Positions 8,157-16,526 of a DNA stretch of 50,103 bases are shown here, piece after piece. Positions within the stretch are counted from its first letter, which is position 1. Each line of letters opens with the position of its first letter. Made by a program: the position numbers and the translations under genes. The notes under the pieces were generated by a model. That model made no database searches, had not been told where the DNA came from, and saw nothing but the letters and a program-made list of their open reading frames with translations. The DNA is from Bacteroidota bacterium (GTDB taxonomy: Bacteria; Bacteroidota; Bacteroidia; Cytophagales; Thermoflexibacteraceae): positions 1 through 50,103 of the forward strand of contig RDXG01000200.1 in NCBI GenBank assembly GCA_004292785.1, in the 5' to 3' direction.

Positions 8157-9533
8157 TTAAACAACAATTTCAAAAACTCCCATTTGGCTACTTGCTCCCA
8201 CTTCCGAGTCTATATAACCAATTGGAAAAAACGAAACCGTATAAGCAAAATTTTCACAAACTTTGCTTGCCCAATGCTCAAATTCTGCCCTTGTCCACTC
8301 AAAACGGTGATCGCTGTGCCTAAATTTGTCTTTTTCCAAAAACTCATATTTGCTATTGTATTCGGAATTTGGCGTAGTTACAATGACTGTTTTCGGTTTT
8401 GCAAAGCCAAAAACAACCTTTTCCAGAGCCTCTAACCTATCCAAATTGATATGTTCGATCACTTCTACCAAAGCCGCCGCCTCAAAACCATGCAAACGCT
8501 TGTCTTTGTAAGTCAAAGCGGTTTGCAAAAGTTGGATTCTGTCTTGTTTTTGTTGAGAAGCATCTTCTAAAAATAGCTTTTCTTTTGCAATTTGCAGAGA
8601 TTTATAAGAAATATCGACTCCAAGAATTTTTTTAAATTGTCGTTCTTTGATCAACATTTTTAACAATTTTCCTTCGCCACAACCCAAATCCAAAACTTTG
8701 TTTGCTCCCGATTTTTTAAGCTGATCAAAAACAGTTTCTAGGCGTAATTGATGCAAAGAAATTTTGCGTTCTTCTACAATTTTCGCCTTTTCGTCAATGA
8801 TTTCTTCTTCGGCAACGGTTTCGCCTTCTTCGGCAAGTTGCGCAAAAGCCACACGAGTTAAGGCGGAAATATTTTTTAGGTAACGCTTCGTAATGAGTTC
8901 TTTTTCAGGGTGTTGCGCTAGCCAGCCTTCGCCTTTGGCAAATAGTTTTTGAATTTCGTCTTTTTCGACGTAATAATGTTTGTTTCCTTCCAAAACAGGC
9001 AACAAAATGTATAAATGCGACAGCAATTCGCTGATTTTTAAGGTATTTTTGAGTTTCAAATTGAAATAACTACTTTTTCCCCAATCTGTAAATTCAGCAT
9101 CCAAATGATGTTGAGTTGCCTCGATTTGATAGCCCAAAGGTTCAAAAAGTTTGTGAATCAAAGGCAAACCTCCGTTCACTTTTACCACCGAAAGCAAGAC
9201 TTCAAAATCCATTTTGATTGCCAATAATTCAGGTTTTTTGTTACAAACTCCATTCATTGCCGTCGAAAAAACTTGCGCAATGGCGTGGCTCATCATCGAA
9301 GTTGCAGTATAAGGTCTGTCATTAACATAATTTGCCAAATGCCAATTATTGTCGTTTCTGACCATATCAATCGGGTTTATGTCCAAAACCAAAGCAACCG
9401 AAGCCATTTCTGGATAAAAAACATGGGCTTTGCCACTGTTGATGTCAAAACTTTGCACTTTTTCGGGGTGCTTGTGCAACAAAAAGCCCAAATCAGAGGC
9501 AGGTTGATGCTTTGTTTTGATAGTTAAAAGCAT
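8157..9533 (-). CDS. hen1: bacterial Hen1, 3'-terminal RNA ribose 2'-O-methyltransferase
   Basis: Start taken at Met14 of the track ORF (MLLTIKTKHQPASDLGFLLHKHPEKVQSF, the typical bacterial Hen1 N-terminus). C-terminal SAM methyltransferase motif VLDLGCGEGKLL. Adjacent to pnkp. Confidence 0.88.
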   Translation of the reverse strand: MLLTIKTKHQPASDLGFLLHKHPEKVQSFDINSGKAHVFYPEMASVALVLDINPIDMVRNDNNWHLANYVNDRPYTATSMMSHAIAQVFSTAMNGVCNKKPELLAIKMDFEVLLSVVKVNGGLPLIHKLFEPLGYQIEATQHHLDAEFTDWGKSSYFNLKLKNTLKISELLSHLYILLPVLEGNKHYYVEKDEIQKLFAKGEGWLAQHPEKELITKRYLKNISALTRVAFAQLAEEGETVAEEEIIDEKAKIVEERKISLHQLRLETVFDQLKKSGANKVLDLGCGEGKLLKMLIKERQFKKILGVDISYKSLQIAKEKLFLEDASQQKQDRIQLLQTALTYKDKRLHGFEAAALVEVIEHINLDRLEALEKVVFGFAKPKTVIVTTPNSEYNSKYEFLEKDKFRHSDHRFEWTRAEFEHWASKVCENFAYTVSFFPIGYIDSEVGASSQMGVFEIVV

Positions 9534-9554
9534 AATTTTTTTGTTTTTATTTAG

Positions 9555-9591
9555 ATTTTTAACGTTTGGCAAGGTAAAAAGTTGCTAACGT
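9555..9591. repeat. hairpin element sharing a 21-nt exact core with 28406-28426
   Basis: ATTTTTAACGTTTGGCAAGGT is identical at both loci. Here it is followed by an imperfect closing arm, TTGCTAACGT. Located between the rtcB stop and the hen1 start. Confidence 0.8.
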
Positions 9592-9595
9592 GATT

Positions 9596-11005
9596 TTAGT
9601 TACCATCCATCCTCACAATTTTAGGCTGAAATTTGCCCACCACTTCCACCAAAGACTCTTGAAAACTCATCACTTTTTCTATGTTTTTGTACGCCATCGG
9701 TGCTTCATCTAAGCCTGCGCCAATGAGTTCTACGCCAAATTTATCCAAAATTTGTTTCAAATCTTTTTGCGTGATCGAAGCCATTGCTTTTCGGCGCGAC
9801 ATTGCCCTTCCTGCCCCATGTGATGCCGAATTTAAGGATTCCGATTCGCCTTTTCCGCGAACAATATAGCCCGCAGAAGTCATAGAACCAGGAATAATTC
9901 CCAAAACGCCTTTTCCCGCAGGAGTTGCGCCTTTTCTATGCACAATTACCTCTTTTCCGTTGCTTAATTGCTCTTTCCAAGCAAAATTATGATGATTTTC
10001 GACCATTGCCAAATGCGTTTCGCCCAAAGCCTCCGCCAATCTTTTGTGAATTTGATGATGACAAGCCGAAGCATAATCTCCCGCCAAATTCATGGCACGC
10101 CAATATTCGTTTCCTGCTTCAGAATCAAGGCTTAACCAAGCCAAATGTTGCGCCTCTTTTGGCAACAAACAGTTTTCGATGGCAATTTTTGTGTAATATT
10201 CAGCAATGCTTGCCCCCAAAGAACGAGAACCAGAATGGGACAAAATCCCCAAATAATTGCCCACAGGCAAAGAAAATTCGTTGTTTGGATCAACAATTTC
10301 GACCATGCCAAATTCTACAAAATGGTTTCCAGAACCCGAAGTCCCAATTTGTTTGTAGGCTCTATCCCTTAGTTTTTGCGCCAATTTGATCTCTCTAAAT
10401 TCAGGTCTTGAAAAAATAGCGTCGTCCATCGGATTTTCAAAAGTTTCTTCTCCGCCAAATTTGGTATAGGCTCGCAAATGGTTTTTGAGTTTACTTTTAT
10501 TTTTTTCAAAGAATTTTTCGCGCAAATCGTAAACAGACAAACACATTCGGCAACCAATATCCATGCCGACCCCGTAGGGAATAATTGCGTTTTCTGCGGC
10601 TAAAACGCCTCCAATCGGCAAACCGTAGCCATAATGTGCGTCAGGCATCAAAGCTCCTGCAACCGTAATCGGCAATCGCATGGCAATGTCCATTTGGATA
10701 ACTGCCTCATTTTCAATGTTTTCCTTTCCGTAAATTTTGTAGGATATTTTTTCTGTATTTAACTCAATTTGTTTTTTTGCGTTGATTTTTTCGGTCAGCA
10801 AAAATGCAATCGGTTGTAATACATTGGTTTTTTCCAAAAAATTTTCAGGATTAGCCAATAATTTTCGTAAAACTTCTATTTTGTCTGCTTTGCTTTCTCT
10901 ACGAAAATATTTATTGACAATTTTTAAGGCAACTCCCACCGCTTTGCCTTCGGTAAAACCTACTTCTAAAATATCTTTTCCTGTTAATGCGGTTTCTTTT
11001 GACAT
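9596..11005 (-). CDS. rtcB: RNA 3'-phosphate/5'-OH ligase RtcB
   Basis: RtcB signature blocks: MPDAHYGYGLPIGG, GMDIGCRM, GSGNHF, SHSGSR, HHNFAW, PGSM, SASHGAGR. Start taken at MSKETALTG (ATG 11005). The upstream in-frame extension to 11170 is low-complexity and probably non-coding. Confidence 0.9.
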   Translation of the reverse strand: MSKETALTGKDILEVGFTEGKAVGVALKIVNKYFRRESKADKIEVLRKLLANPENFLEKTNVLQPIAFLLTEKINAKKQIELNTEKISYKIYGKENIENEAVIQMDIAMRLPITVAGALMPDAHYGYGLPIGGVLAAENAIIPYGVGMDIGCRMCLSVYDLREKFFEKNKSKLKNHLRAYTKFGGEETFENPMDDAIFSRPEFREIKLAQKLRDRAYKQIGTSGSGNHFVEFGMVEIVDPNNEFSLPVGNYLGILSHSGSRSLGASIAEYYTKIAIENCLLPKEAQHLAWLSLDSEAGNEYWRAMNLAGDYASACHHQIHKRLAEALGETHLAMVENHHNFAWKEQLSNGKEVIVHRKGATPAGKGVLGIIPGSMTSAGYIVRGKGESESLNSASHGAGRAMSRRKAMASITQKDLKQILDKFGVELIGAGLDEAPMAYKNIEKVMSFQESLVEVVGKFQPKIVRMDGN

Positions 11006-11228
11006 CTGTTTTTTGTTTTTTGTAAATAATCCTTTTAATGACACAAAGTAAAAATACAAGTACGCAGCATAATTGCGTAGTGAAAAATATTTTCTGTTTT
11101 TTTCATATTTAAAACTAACAGTTCCTGAAGACTTATTAGTTTTAAGCATATTGTAACTCGAAAATAACATTTATTTTAATAATTTTATTATTTTTGCAAC
11201 AAACGCCAAAAACTAATTTGAATGATTT

Positions 11229-12131
11229 ATGACTCTAAAAATCAAAATCCTAAGCGCAATTATTTTTTTTCAAATCATTGCCATTATCTTTTCTTTGCAA
11301 AGTTCTGATCAAAATTCTACTTTGAATTTGCAAAATTCAGATTTTGCACTCGATGCTCAAAGTGAAATTAGCAAATTTGAATTTGGAAAAATTGTGTTGG
11401 AAAAAGAAGGCGAAATTTGGAAAGTAAACCAAAAATACAAAGCCGATTTTCCAATGGTTAAAGAATTGACAAGTATTTTGCAAAAAATGTCCATTCGAAA
11501 ACCTGTTGCTGAAAACCAAATTTCAGAAATAAAAGAAAAAATAATGAATAAAGGCATCACAGTAAACGTTTTTTCAGGCGAAAATTTGCTTAAATCTTTC
11601 AAAATTTATGGGCAAGAAAACCAAACTTTTGGCATGATTGGCGAACAGCCTTATTTGCTTTATTCGCAAGGTTTTGAAATTGTGTTGCATCAAGTTTTTC
11701 AGATGTCAGAATTGGAATGGAAAGACAAAAATATTTTTTCATTGAGTTGGCTTGGGGTGCGAAAAATTGAAATGAATTATCCAAAAATGGAAGAAAATAG
11801 TTTTAAAATAGCTTTTGATGCCGATTCTTACAAGGTTGAAGGCGTAAATCGTTTGGATTCTGTGCGTGTTGATCAATATTTGCAACAAATAGCCAATTTG
11901 CGGGCAGCTTGGTTTATGGAAAATCCTGTTTTGCAAGATTCTTTGTCCAAAACAAGCCCATTTTGCCAAATTCAGATCGAAGATTTGAGCAATGAACCCC
12001 AAAAACAACTCGATATTTATGAAAATCCGAATGGTTTGTTTGGTATTTTGAACAAAAAAGAATTGTTGATGTTCGATAAACGATCTTTGGCAAAACTTTT
12101 GGCAAAAAAAACAGATTTTATAAAAAAATAG
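11229..12131 (+). CDS. hypothetical membrane-anchored protein (DUF4340-like?)
   Basis: 300-aa ORF with an N-terminal hydrophobic anchor (ILSAIIFFQIIAIIFSL), followed by a strong terminator. The family assignment is only an impression. Confidence 0.6.
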   Translation: MTLKIKILSAIIFFQIIAIIFSLQSSDQNSTLNLQNSDFALDAQSEISKFEFGKIVLEKEGEIWKVNQKYKADFPMVKELTSILQKMSIRKPVAENQISEIKEKIMNKGITVNVFSGENLLKSFKIYGQENQTFGMIGEQPYLLYSQGFEIVLHQVFQMSELEWKDKNIFSLSWLGVRKIEMNYPKMEENSFKIAFDADSYKVEGVNRLDSVRVDQYLQQIANLRAAWFMENPVLQDSLSKTSPFCQIQIEDLSNEPQKQLDIYENPNGLFGILNKKELLMFDKRSLAKLLAKKTDFIKK

Positions 12132-12148
12132 TTTTTTGGACTTCAAGT

Positions 12149-12192
12149 AAAAAAAACAACGCATTTTTTGGAAAAAAGCGTTGTTTTTTTTT
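12149..12192. terminator. bidirectional intrinsic terminator
   Basis: AAAAAAAACAACGC / GCGTTGTTTTTTTT stem with flanking A and T runs, between convergent genes. Confidence 0.8.
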
Positions 12193-12204
12193 AAGGTTTT
12201 AGTG

Positions 12205-12669
12205 TTAGAATTTCTTTTCTCCTGCTGCAAGTTTGTTGATCACTTTGGCAATTCTTTCTATTTTTTCGTCTTCGTTTTTGCAGGCATAAATCCAATGAAC
12301 CAATGCTTTTTGTTCTGATTCTGTGCAAGTTAGAAAAGTATTTTTTGCGTTTGAGTCTTCGTGCAGACAAATCAAAAATTCTTCTGGAAAACTGTTGTCC
12401 GCATACAAAATTATTTTCACCCAATCGCCTTCTTTTTTGCCAATTTTTTTTCTGATTTCAGCTTTGACAGGCAAAAAAAGTTTTCCGTTTCCCATAGGCA
12501 TCAATTTATAATTTTTGAGTTCGAAATTATCGATGCTTCCTTTGACCGTAACCCAACCAAAAGGGGCTTTTGGATTTTGCAAAATTTCGGGAATGGCAGC
12601 AAAAGTCCAACCGCCTTTTCCCTGAAATTTTTCTAGCAAAAAATCTTTGTTTACCAATGGTTTTTCCAT
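12205..12669 (-). CDS. DUF1905 / YdeI-OmpD-associated family protein
   Basis: 154 aa. GKGGWTFAAIPE...PFGWVTVKGSID is typical of DUF1905. The C-terminal helical part matches the YdeI-like pattern. Confidence 0.7.
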   Translation of the reverse strand: MEKPLVNKDFLLEKFQGKGGWTFAAIPEILQNPKAPFGWVTVKGSIDNFELKNYKLMPMGNGKLFLPVKAEIRKKIGKKEGDWVKIILYADNSFPEEFLICLHEDSNAKNTFLTCTESEQKALVHWIYACKNEDEKIERIAKVINKLAAGEKKF

Positions 12670-12684
12670 CTTTTTTTAAGTTTT

Positions 12685-13971
12685 TTATTTGGCAGGCTCA
12701 ACTTTTATTTGGCTAAAAAAGAACAAACTTATCACAAAATACAAAGCCAAACTCACCGAACTCAAACGCATATCTCCTGTTATTTGTTCGATCAAACCAT
12801 AAGAAGCTGTGCCAATGACCACCGCAAATTTATCTACCACATCATAAAAACTAAAATAAGAAGTCGTATCTTTGGTATTTTCGGGCAATAATTTGGAATA
12901 AGTTGCCCTCGAAAGCGATTGGATTCCACCCATAACCAAACCCACAGCAGTTGCCAAAAAATAAAAATGAATGTCGGTTTGCACAAAATAAGAAGCCAAA
13001 CAGTTTGCGATCCAAATCAACATTAGCACCATCACAGCAAATTTATTTCCTTTTTTCTCGGATAATTTGGCGGATAAATATGCACCCAAAATAGCCACAA
13101 TTTGAATAATTAGTACCGTTGCAATTAATTTTCCGCTAGGCAAATGCAATTCTTTTTCGCCAAAAGTAGCTGCCAAATACATCACGGTTTGCACGCCTGC
13201 ATTCGAAAAAAAGTAGGAAATCAAAAAATATTTTACTTGTCTTTGTGTCTGAACTGCCTGAAAAACTTTTTTTAATTCTTTTAAGCCTTTACTCAACAAA
13301 TTCGCCATCGGCAAATCACTTTTTGAACGATCTTTGAGATGATAAAACGTAATTTGCGAAAAACCAAACCACCACAAACCCACCATGACAAAAGAAATTC
13401 TTGAGGCAAGTCCTCCGTTTTCTAAACCAAAAGTTTGCGGCGACATGACCATTGCCAAATTGAAAATGAGCAACAAAACGCTGCCAAAATAACCCATCGA
13501 AAAGCCGCGCGCACTCACCGAATCGTAGCGATCTGGACTTACAATTTCGGGCAAAAAAGCATTATAAAAAACCAAACCTCCCGCATAACCGACACTCGCC
13601 AAAATTGAACAAATAATGGCTAATTCTACGTTTTCGCCTGTAAAAAAGAACATTGCTATACAAGCCAAAGCACCTAAAGTAGTAAAAAAACGCATAAACG
13701 GCTTTTTTTTGCCTCCGTAATCGGAAATACTAGACAAAAATGGCGAAATACAAGCAATCAAAAGAAAGGAAAACGATAATGAATAAGAATATAAAACGCT
13801 ATTGGTTATATCAAAACCAAAGAATTTGACAGTATCTCCTTGAAAAAAATTGCGTGTAACTTGGTTGTAGTACACAGGAAAAATGGTAGAAGTAATGACC
13901 AAAGAATAAGCCGAATTAGCCCAGTCAAAATAGCACCACGCATTAATTATTTTTTTGTTGTTTAGTTCCAT
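12685..13971 (-). CDS. MFS transporter, UMF1/Atg22-like family
   Basis: 428 aa with about 12 TM segments. The N-terminal AWCYFDWANSAYSLVI motif is characteristic of the UMF1 family. Confidence 0.8.
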   Translation of the reverse strand: MELNNKKIINAWCYFDWANSAYSLVITSTIFPVYYNQVTRNFFQGDTVKFFGFDITNSVLYSYSLSFSFLLIACISPFLSSISDYGGKKKPFMRFFTTLGALACIAMFFFTGENVELAIICSILASVGYAGGLVFYNAFLPEIVSPDRYDSVSARGFSMGYFGSVLLLIFNLAMVMSPQTFGLENGGLASRISFVMVGLWWFGFSQITFYHLKDRSKSDLPMANLLSKGLKELKKVFQAVQTQRQVKYFLISYFFSNAGVQTVMYLAATFGEKELHLPSGKLIATVLIIQIVAILGAYLSAKLSEKKGNKFAVMVLMLIWIANCLASYFVQTDIHFYFLATAVGLVMGGIQSLSRATYSKLLPENTKDTTSYFSFYDVVDKFAVVIGTASYGLIEQITGDMRLSSVSLALYFVISLFFFSQIKVEPAK

Positions 13972-14072
13972 AAAAAAAATTGATTTTTTAAATGTAATAT
14001 AATTTTTTTTGAAAAATGTAAATAGAATGTAAATTTATTTTTGCTAAATTGTAGCAACTTTTATAAGAAAAA

Positions 14073-14579
14073 ATGAAAAAAATATTAGAAAGCCAAAAAC
14101 TTTTTTTAAGAGAATTTAATTTAGACGACTGCCAATTTGTGATCGAATTGTTGAATACCGAAGGCTGGTTGAAATATATTGGCAACAGAAATGTGCAAAA
14201 CGAAGCCCAAGCAAAAGTTTATCTTGAAAACGGATCGCTGAAAAGTTATAAAGAAAACGGTTTTGGTTTGTATTTGGTGGCATTAAAAACTCAAGAACCT
14301 ATTGGAATGTGTGGTTTTGTCAAAAGAGAAAATGTAGAAGACGTTGAAATTGGTTTTGCATTTTTGCCCGCTTACCAAAAAAAAGGTTATGCCTTCGAAA
14401 TCGTGAGTGAAACTATGAAATATGGTTTTGAAACCCTAAAATTGCCCAAAATTACGGCTGTTGCTTTGGCAAACAACACAAATTCGATCAAACTTTTGGA
14501 AAAATTAGGTTTGATTTATGAAAGAAAATTTCAGAAAGAAAATCAGGATTTACTTTTGTTTGTCAAAAATGTAAATTGA
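14073..14579 (+). CDS. GNAT family N-acetyltransferase (RimJ/RimL-like)
   Basis: 168 aa. Acetyl-CoA binding region: FAFLPAYQKKGYAFE. Confidence 0.8.
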   Translation: MKKILESQKLFLREFNLDDCQFVIELLNTEGWLKYIGNRNVQNEAQAKVYLENGSLKSYKENGFGLYLVALKTQEPIGMCGFVKRENVEDVEIGFAFLPAYQKKGYAFEIVSETMKYGFETLKLPKITAVALANNTNSIKLLEKLGLIYERKFQKENQDLLLFVKNVN

Positions 14580-14580
14580 T

Positions 14581-15033
14581 CTAAATCAAAGATTCGATCT
14601 TCAATAAATCGTTTAAATTTTGGCAAAAATGAAAAATTTTATGCACACAACCCTGTTTTTCTGCCTTAATTTCTTCGAAACTAAGAAATCGTACTTCAGA
14701 AATAATTTGTTGCTCTTGTTCGGGATCGATGCCCGTTTTGAGTGTTCCGCCAATGATTTGCACTTCAAAAAACAATTCGATGGCGTGCAAAGGCGGAGCA
14801 ACAAATTCATTGACAAACAAAAACCTGATGACTTCGATTTGCAAATTACTTTCTTCTAAAAACTCTCTTTTGAGTGCGTTTTGGGCAGTTTCACCAAATT
14901 CTACGCCGCCGCCCACAGGACTCCAAAAATGCGGATTTCCTAAGCCAATATGTTTGACCAACAAAATTTGATTGTTTTCTATGCAAATTCCGCAGGCGCG
15001 CAGCCGAATTTTGTGGTTATAATTTTGTATCAT
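14581..15033 (-). CDS. NUDIX hydrolase
   Basis: Nudix box GGGVEFGETAQNALKREFLEESNL. Start moved to the internal ATG at 15033 (MIQNYNHKIRL). Confidence 0.85.
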   Translation of the reverse strand: MIQNYNHKIRLRACGICIENNQILLVKHIGLGNPHFWSPVGGGVEFGETAQNALKREFLEESNLQIEVIRFLFVNEFVAPPLHAIELFFEVQIIGGTLKTGIDPEQEQQIISEVRFLSFEEIKAEKQGCVHKIFHFCQNLNDLLKIESLI

Positions 15034-15156
15034 GTTGAAAATAAGTTTGAATAATCTATATTTGCAAAAATTATGATTTTCAAAATTAATTAAAAAAATC
15101 ATAATTCAGTAGAAATTCAGATATATTTTTGTTAATTTATTGAAAAGATTATTCCC

Positions 15157-16101
15157 ATGAAAAGAGTTTTAATTACAGGAGGAGCAGGTTTTATTGGTTC
15201 GCATTTGTGCGACAAATTTGTTAAAGAAGGCTATGAAGTAATTGCAATGGACAATTTGCTTACAGGCAGTTTGGAAAATATCGAGCATTTATTTCCGCTT
15301 AGAAATTTTGAGTTTCATCATCACGATGTGAGCAAATTTGTTCATGTGGCAGGTCATTTGGACTATATTTTGCATTTTGCCTCGCCTGCAAGCCCAATCG
15401 ATTACCTAAAAATGCCCATTCAAACGCTAAAAGTGGGTTCGTTGGGTACGCACAATTTGCTCGGACTTGCCAAAGAAAAGAAAGCTAGAATTTTGGTGGC
15501 TTCTACTTCCGAAATCTACGGAGACCCGCTAATTCACCCTCAAAACGAAGAATATTGGGGAAACGTGAACACCATCGGACCGCGTGGCGTGTATGACGAA
15601 GCCAAACGCTTTCAGGAAGCAATCACGATGGCGTACCAAACTTTTCACGGTTTGGAAACCAGAATTGTGCGAATTTTTAACACTTACGGATCTCGAATGA
15701 GACTTAATGACGGCAGAGCTTTGCCTGCTTTTATGGGTCAGGCGTTGCGTGGAGAGGACATTACGGTTTTTGGTGATGGCAGCCAAACCCGATCTTTTTG
15801 TTTTGTTGATGATTTGGTAGAAGGCATTTATCGTTTGCTTTTGAGTGATTACAAATTGCCGATGAACATTGGAAATCCAAGCGAAATCACGATCAAACAA
15901 TTTGCAGAAGAAATTATTGCCTTGTCAGGAGACAAAAATCTGAAAATTATTTACAATCCGCTGCCCCAAGACGATCCCAAACAACGTTGCCCCGACATTA
16001 CGAAGGCAAAAGAAATTTTGGGTTGGCAACCAAAAGTAGATCGTTTGGATGGGATTAGAAGAACTTATGAATATTTTAAGAAAAAAGTGAAAACGTCTTA
16101 A
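15157..16101 (+). CDS. UDP-glucuronate decarboxylase (UDP-xylose synthase), SDR family
   Basis: Rossmann motif [11 protein letters not shown], catalytic YDEAKR, 314 aa. Similar along its whole length to UXS-type extended SDRs. Confidence 0.85.
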   Translation: MKRVLITGGAGFIGSHLCDKFVKEGYEVIAMDNLLTGSLENIEHLFPLRNFEFHHHDVSKFVHVAGHLDYILHFASPASPIDYLKMPIQTLKVGSLGTHNLLGLAKEKKARILVASTSEIYGDPLIHPQNEEYWGNVNTIGPRGVYDEAKRFQEAITMAYQTFHGLETRIVRIFNTYGSRMRLNDGRALPAFMGQALRGEDITVFGDGSQTRSFCFVDDLVEGIYRLLLSDYKLPMNIGNPSEITIKQFAEEIIALSGDKNLKIIYNPLPQDDPKQRCPDITKAKEILGWQPKVDRLDGIRRTYEYFKKKVKTS

Positions 16102-16105
16102 AAAA

Positions 16106-16145
16106 ATTAAATATTCCATTTTTTTAATGGGATATTTAATTTTTT
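16106..16145 (+). terminator. intrinsic terminator after the UDP-xylose synthase gene
   Basis: 14-bp stem ATTAAATATTCCAT / ATGGGATATTTAAT (one G-U) followed by TTTTT. Confidence 0.75.
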
Positions 16146-16202
16146 GTTTCAAACATTTTTCCAAAAAAATGATTTATATCCATATTTATTTGCAAAAAAA
16201 AG

Positions 16203-16487
16203 ATGCTCATCAGAATTGTAAAAATGTATTTTAAGCCCGAATCTGTTTCAGATTTTTTGGTTTTATTTGAAAGCGTCAAAGATAAAATTCGCTTTTTTGA
16301 AGGTTGTCAGCAGCTAGAATTGTTGCAAGACCTCGACAATCCGAACAGTTTAAGCACGTACAGCATTTGGGAAAATGCGCAAGCCTTAGAAAATTATCGA
16401 CAATCCGATTTGTTCAAAAACACTTGGGCAAAAACCAAGATTTTATTTGCCTTGCCTCCATTGGCATTTAGTAGTGAAAAAAAATAA
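16203..16487 (+). CDS. antibiotic-biosynthesis-monooxygenase (ABM) domain protein
   Basis: 94-aa ORF with an ABM-like pattern (ferredoxin-like fold). Weak call based on size and motif impression. Confidence 0.55.
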   Translation: MLIRIVKMYFKPESVSDFLVLFESVKDKIRFFEGCQQLELLQDLDNPNSLSTYSIWENAQALENYRQSDLFKNTWAKTKILFALPPLAFSSEKK

Positions 16488-16526
16488 TTTTTTTGTTCTT
16501 ATCTGTTAAAAATTAATCCTTTTTTC

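Noticed and set aside
9565-9585. TGGCA...TTGC in the 21-nt repeat elements (also 28416-28440) looked like a sigma-54 -24/-12 promoter.
   Set aside because: The GG-to-GC spacing is about 16 nt at 9.5 kb and larger at 28.4 kb, against 12 nt in the consensus TGGCACG-N4-TTGC. The two motifs pair as hairpin arms instead.
9534-11170. Longer N-terminal extensions offered by the ORF track: hen1 to 9572, rtcB to 11170, NUDIX to 15102, the lipoprotein to 30072, and TTG starts at 2043, 20385, 30905, 36509 and 45511.
   Set aside because: The extensions are low-complexity. They remove the expected signal peptides or lipoboxes, or precede family-typical N-termini, and an in-frame ATG gives the canonical start in every case.
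11193-11220. Bacteroidota-type promoter (TTTG ... TAnnTTTG) upstream of 11229: TTTTTGCAACAAACGCCAAAAACTAATTTG.
   Set aside because: The -7 element reads TAATTTG, with one spacer nt rather than two. It also lies only 8 nt from the ATG. This is too weak to annotate, and other upstream regions gave only partial matches too.
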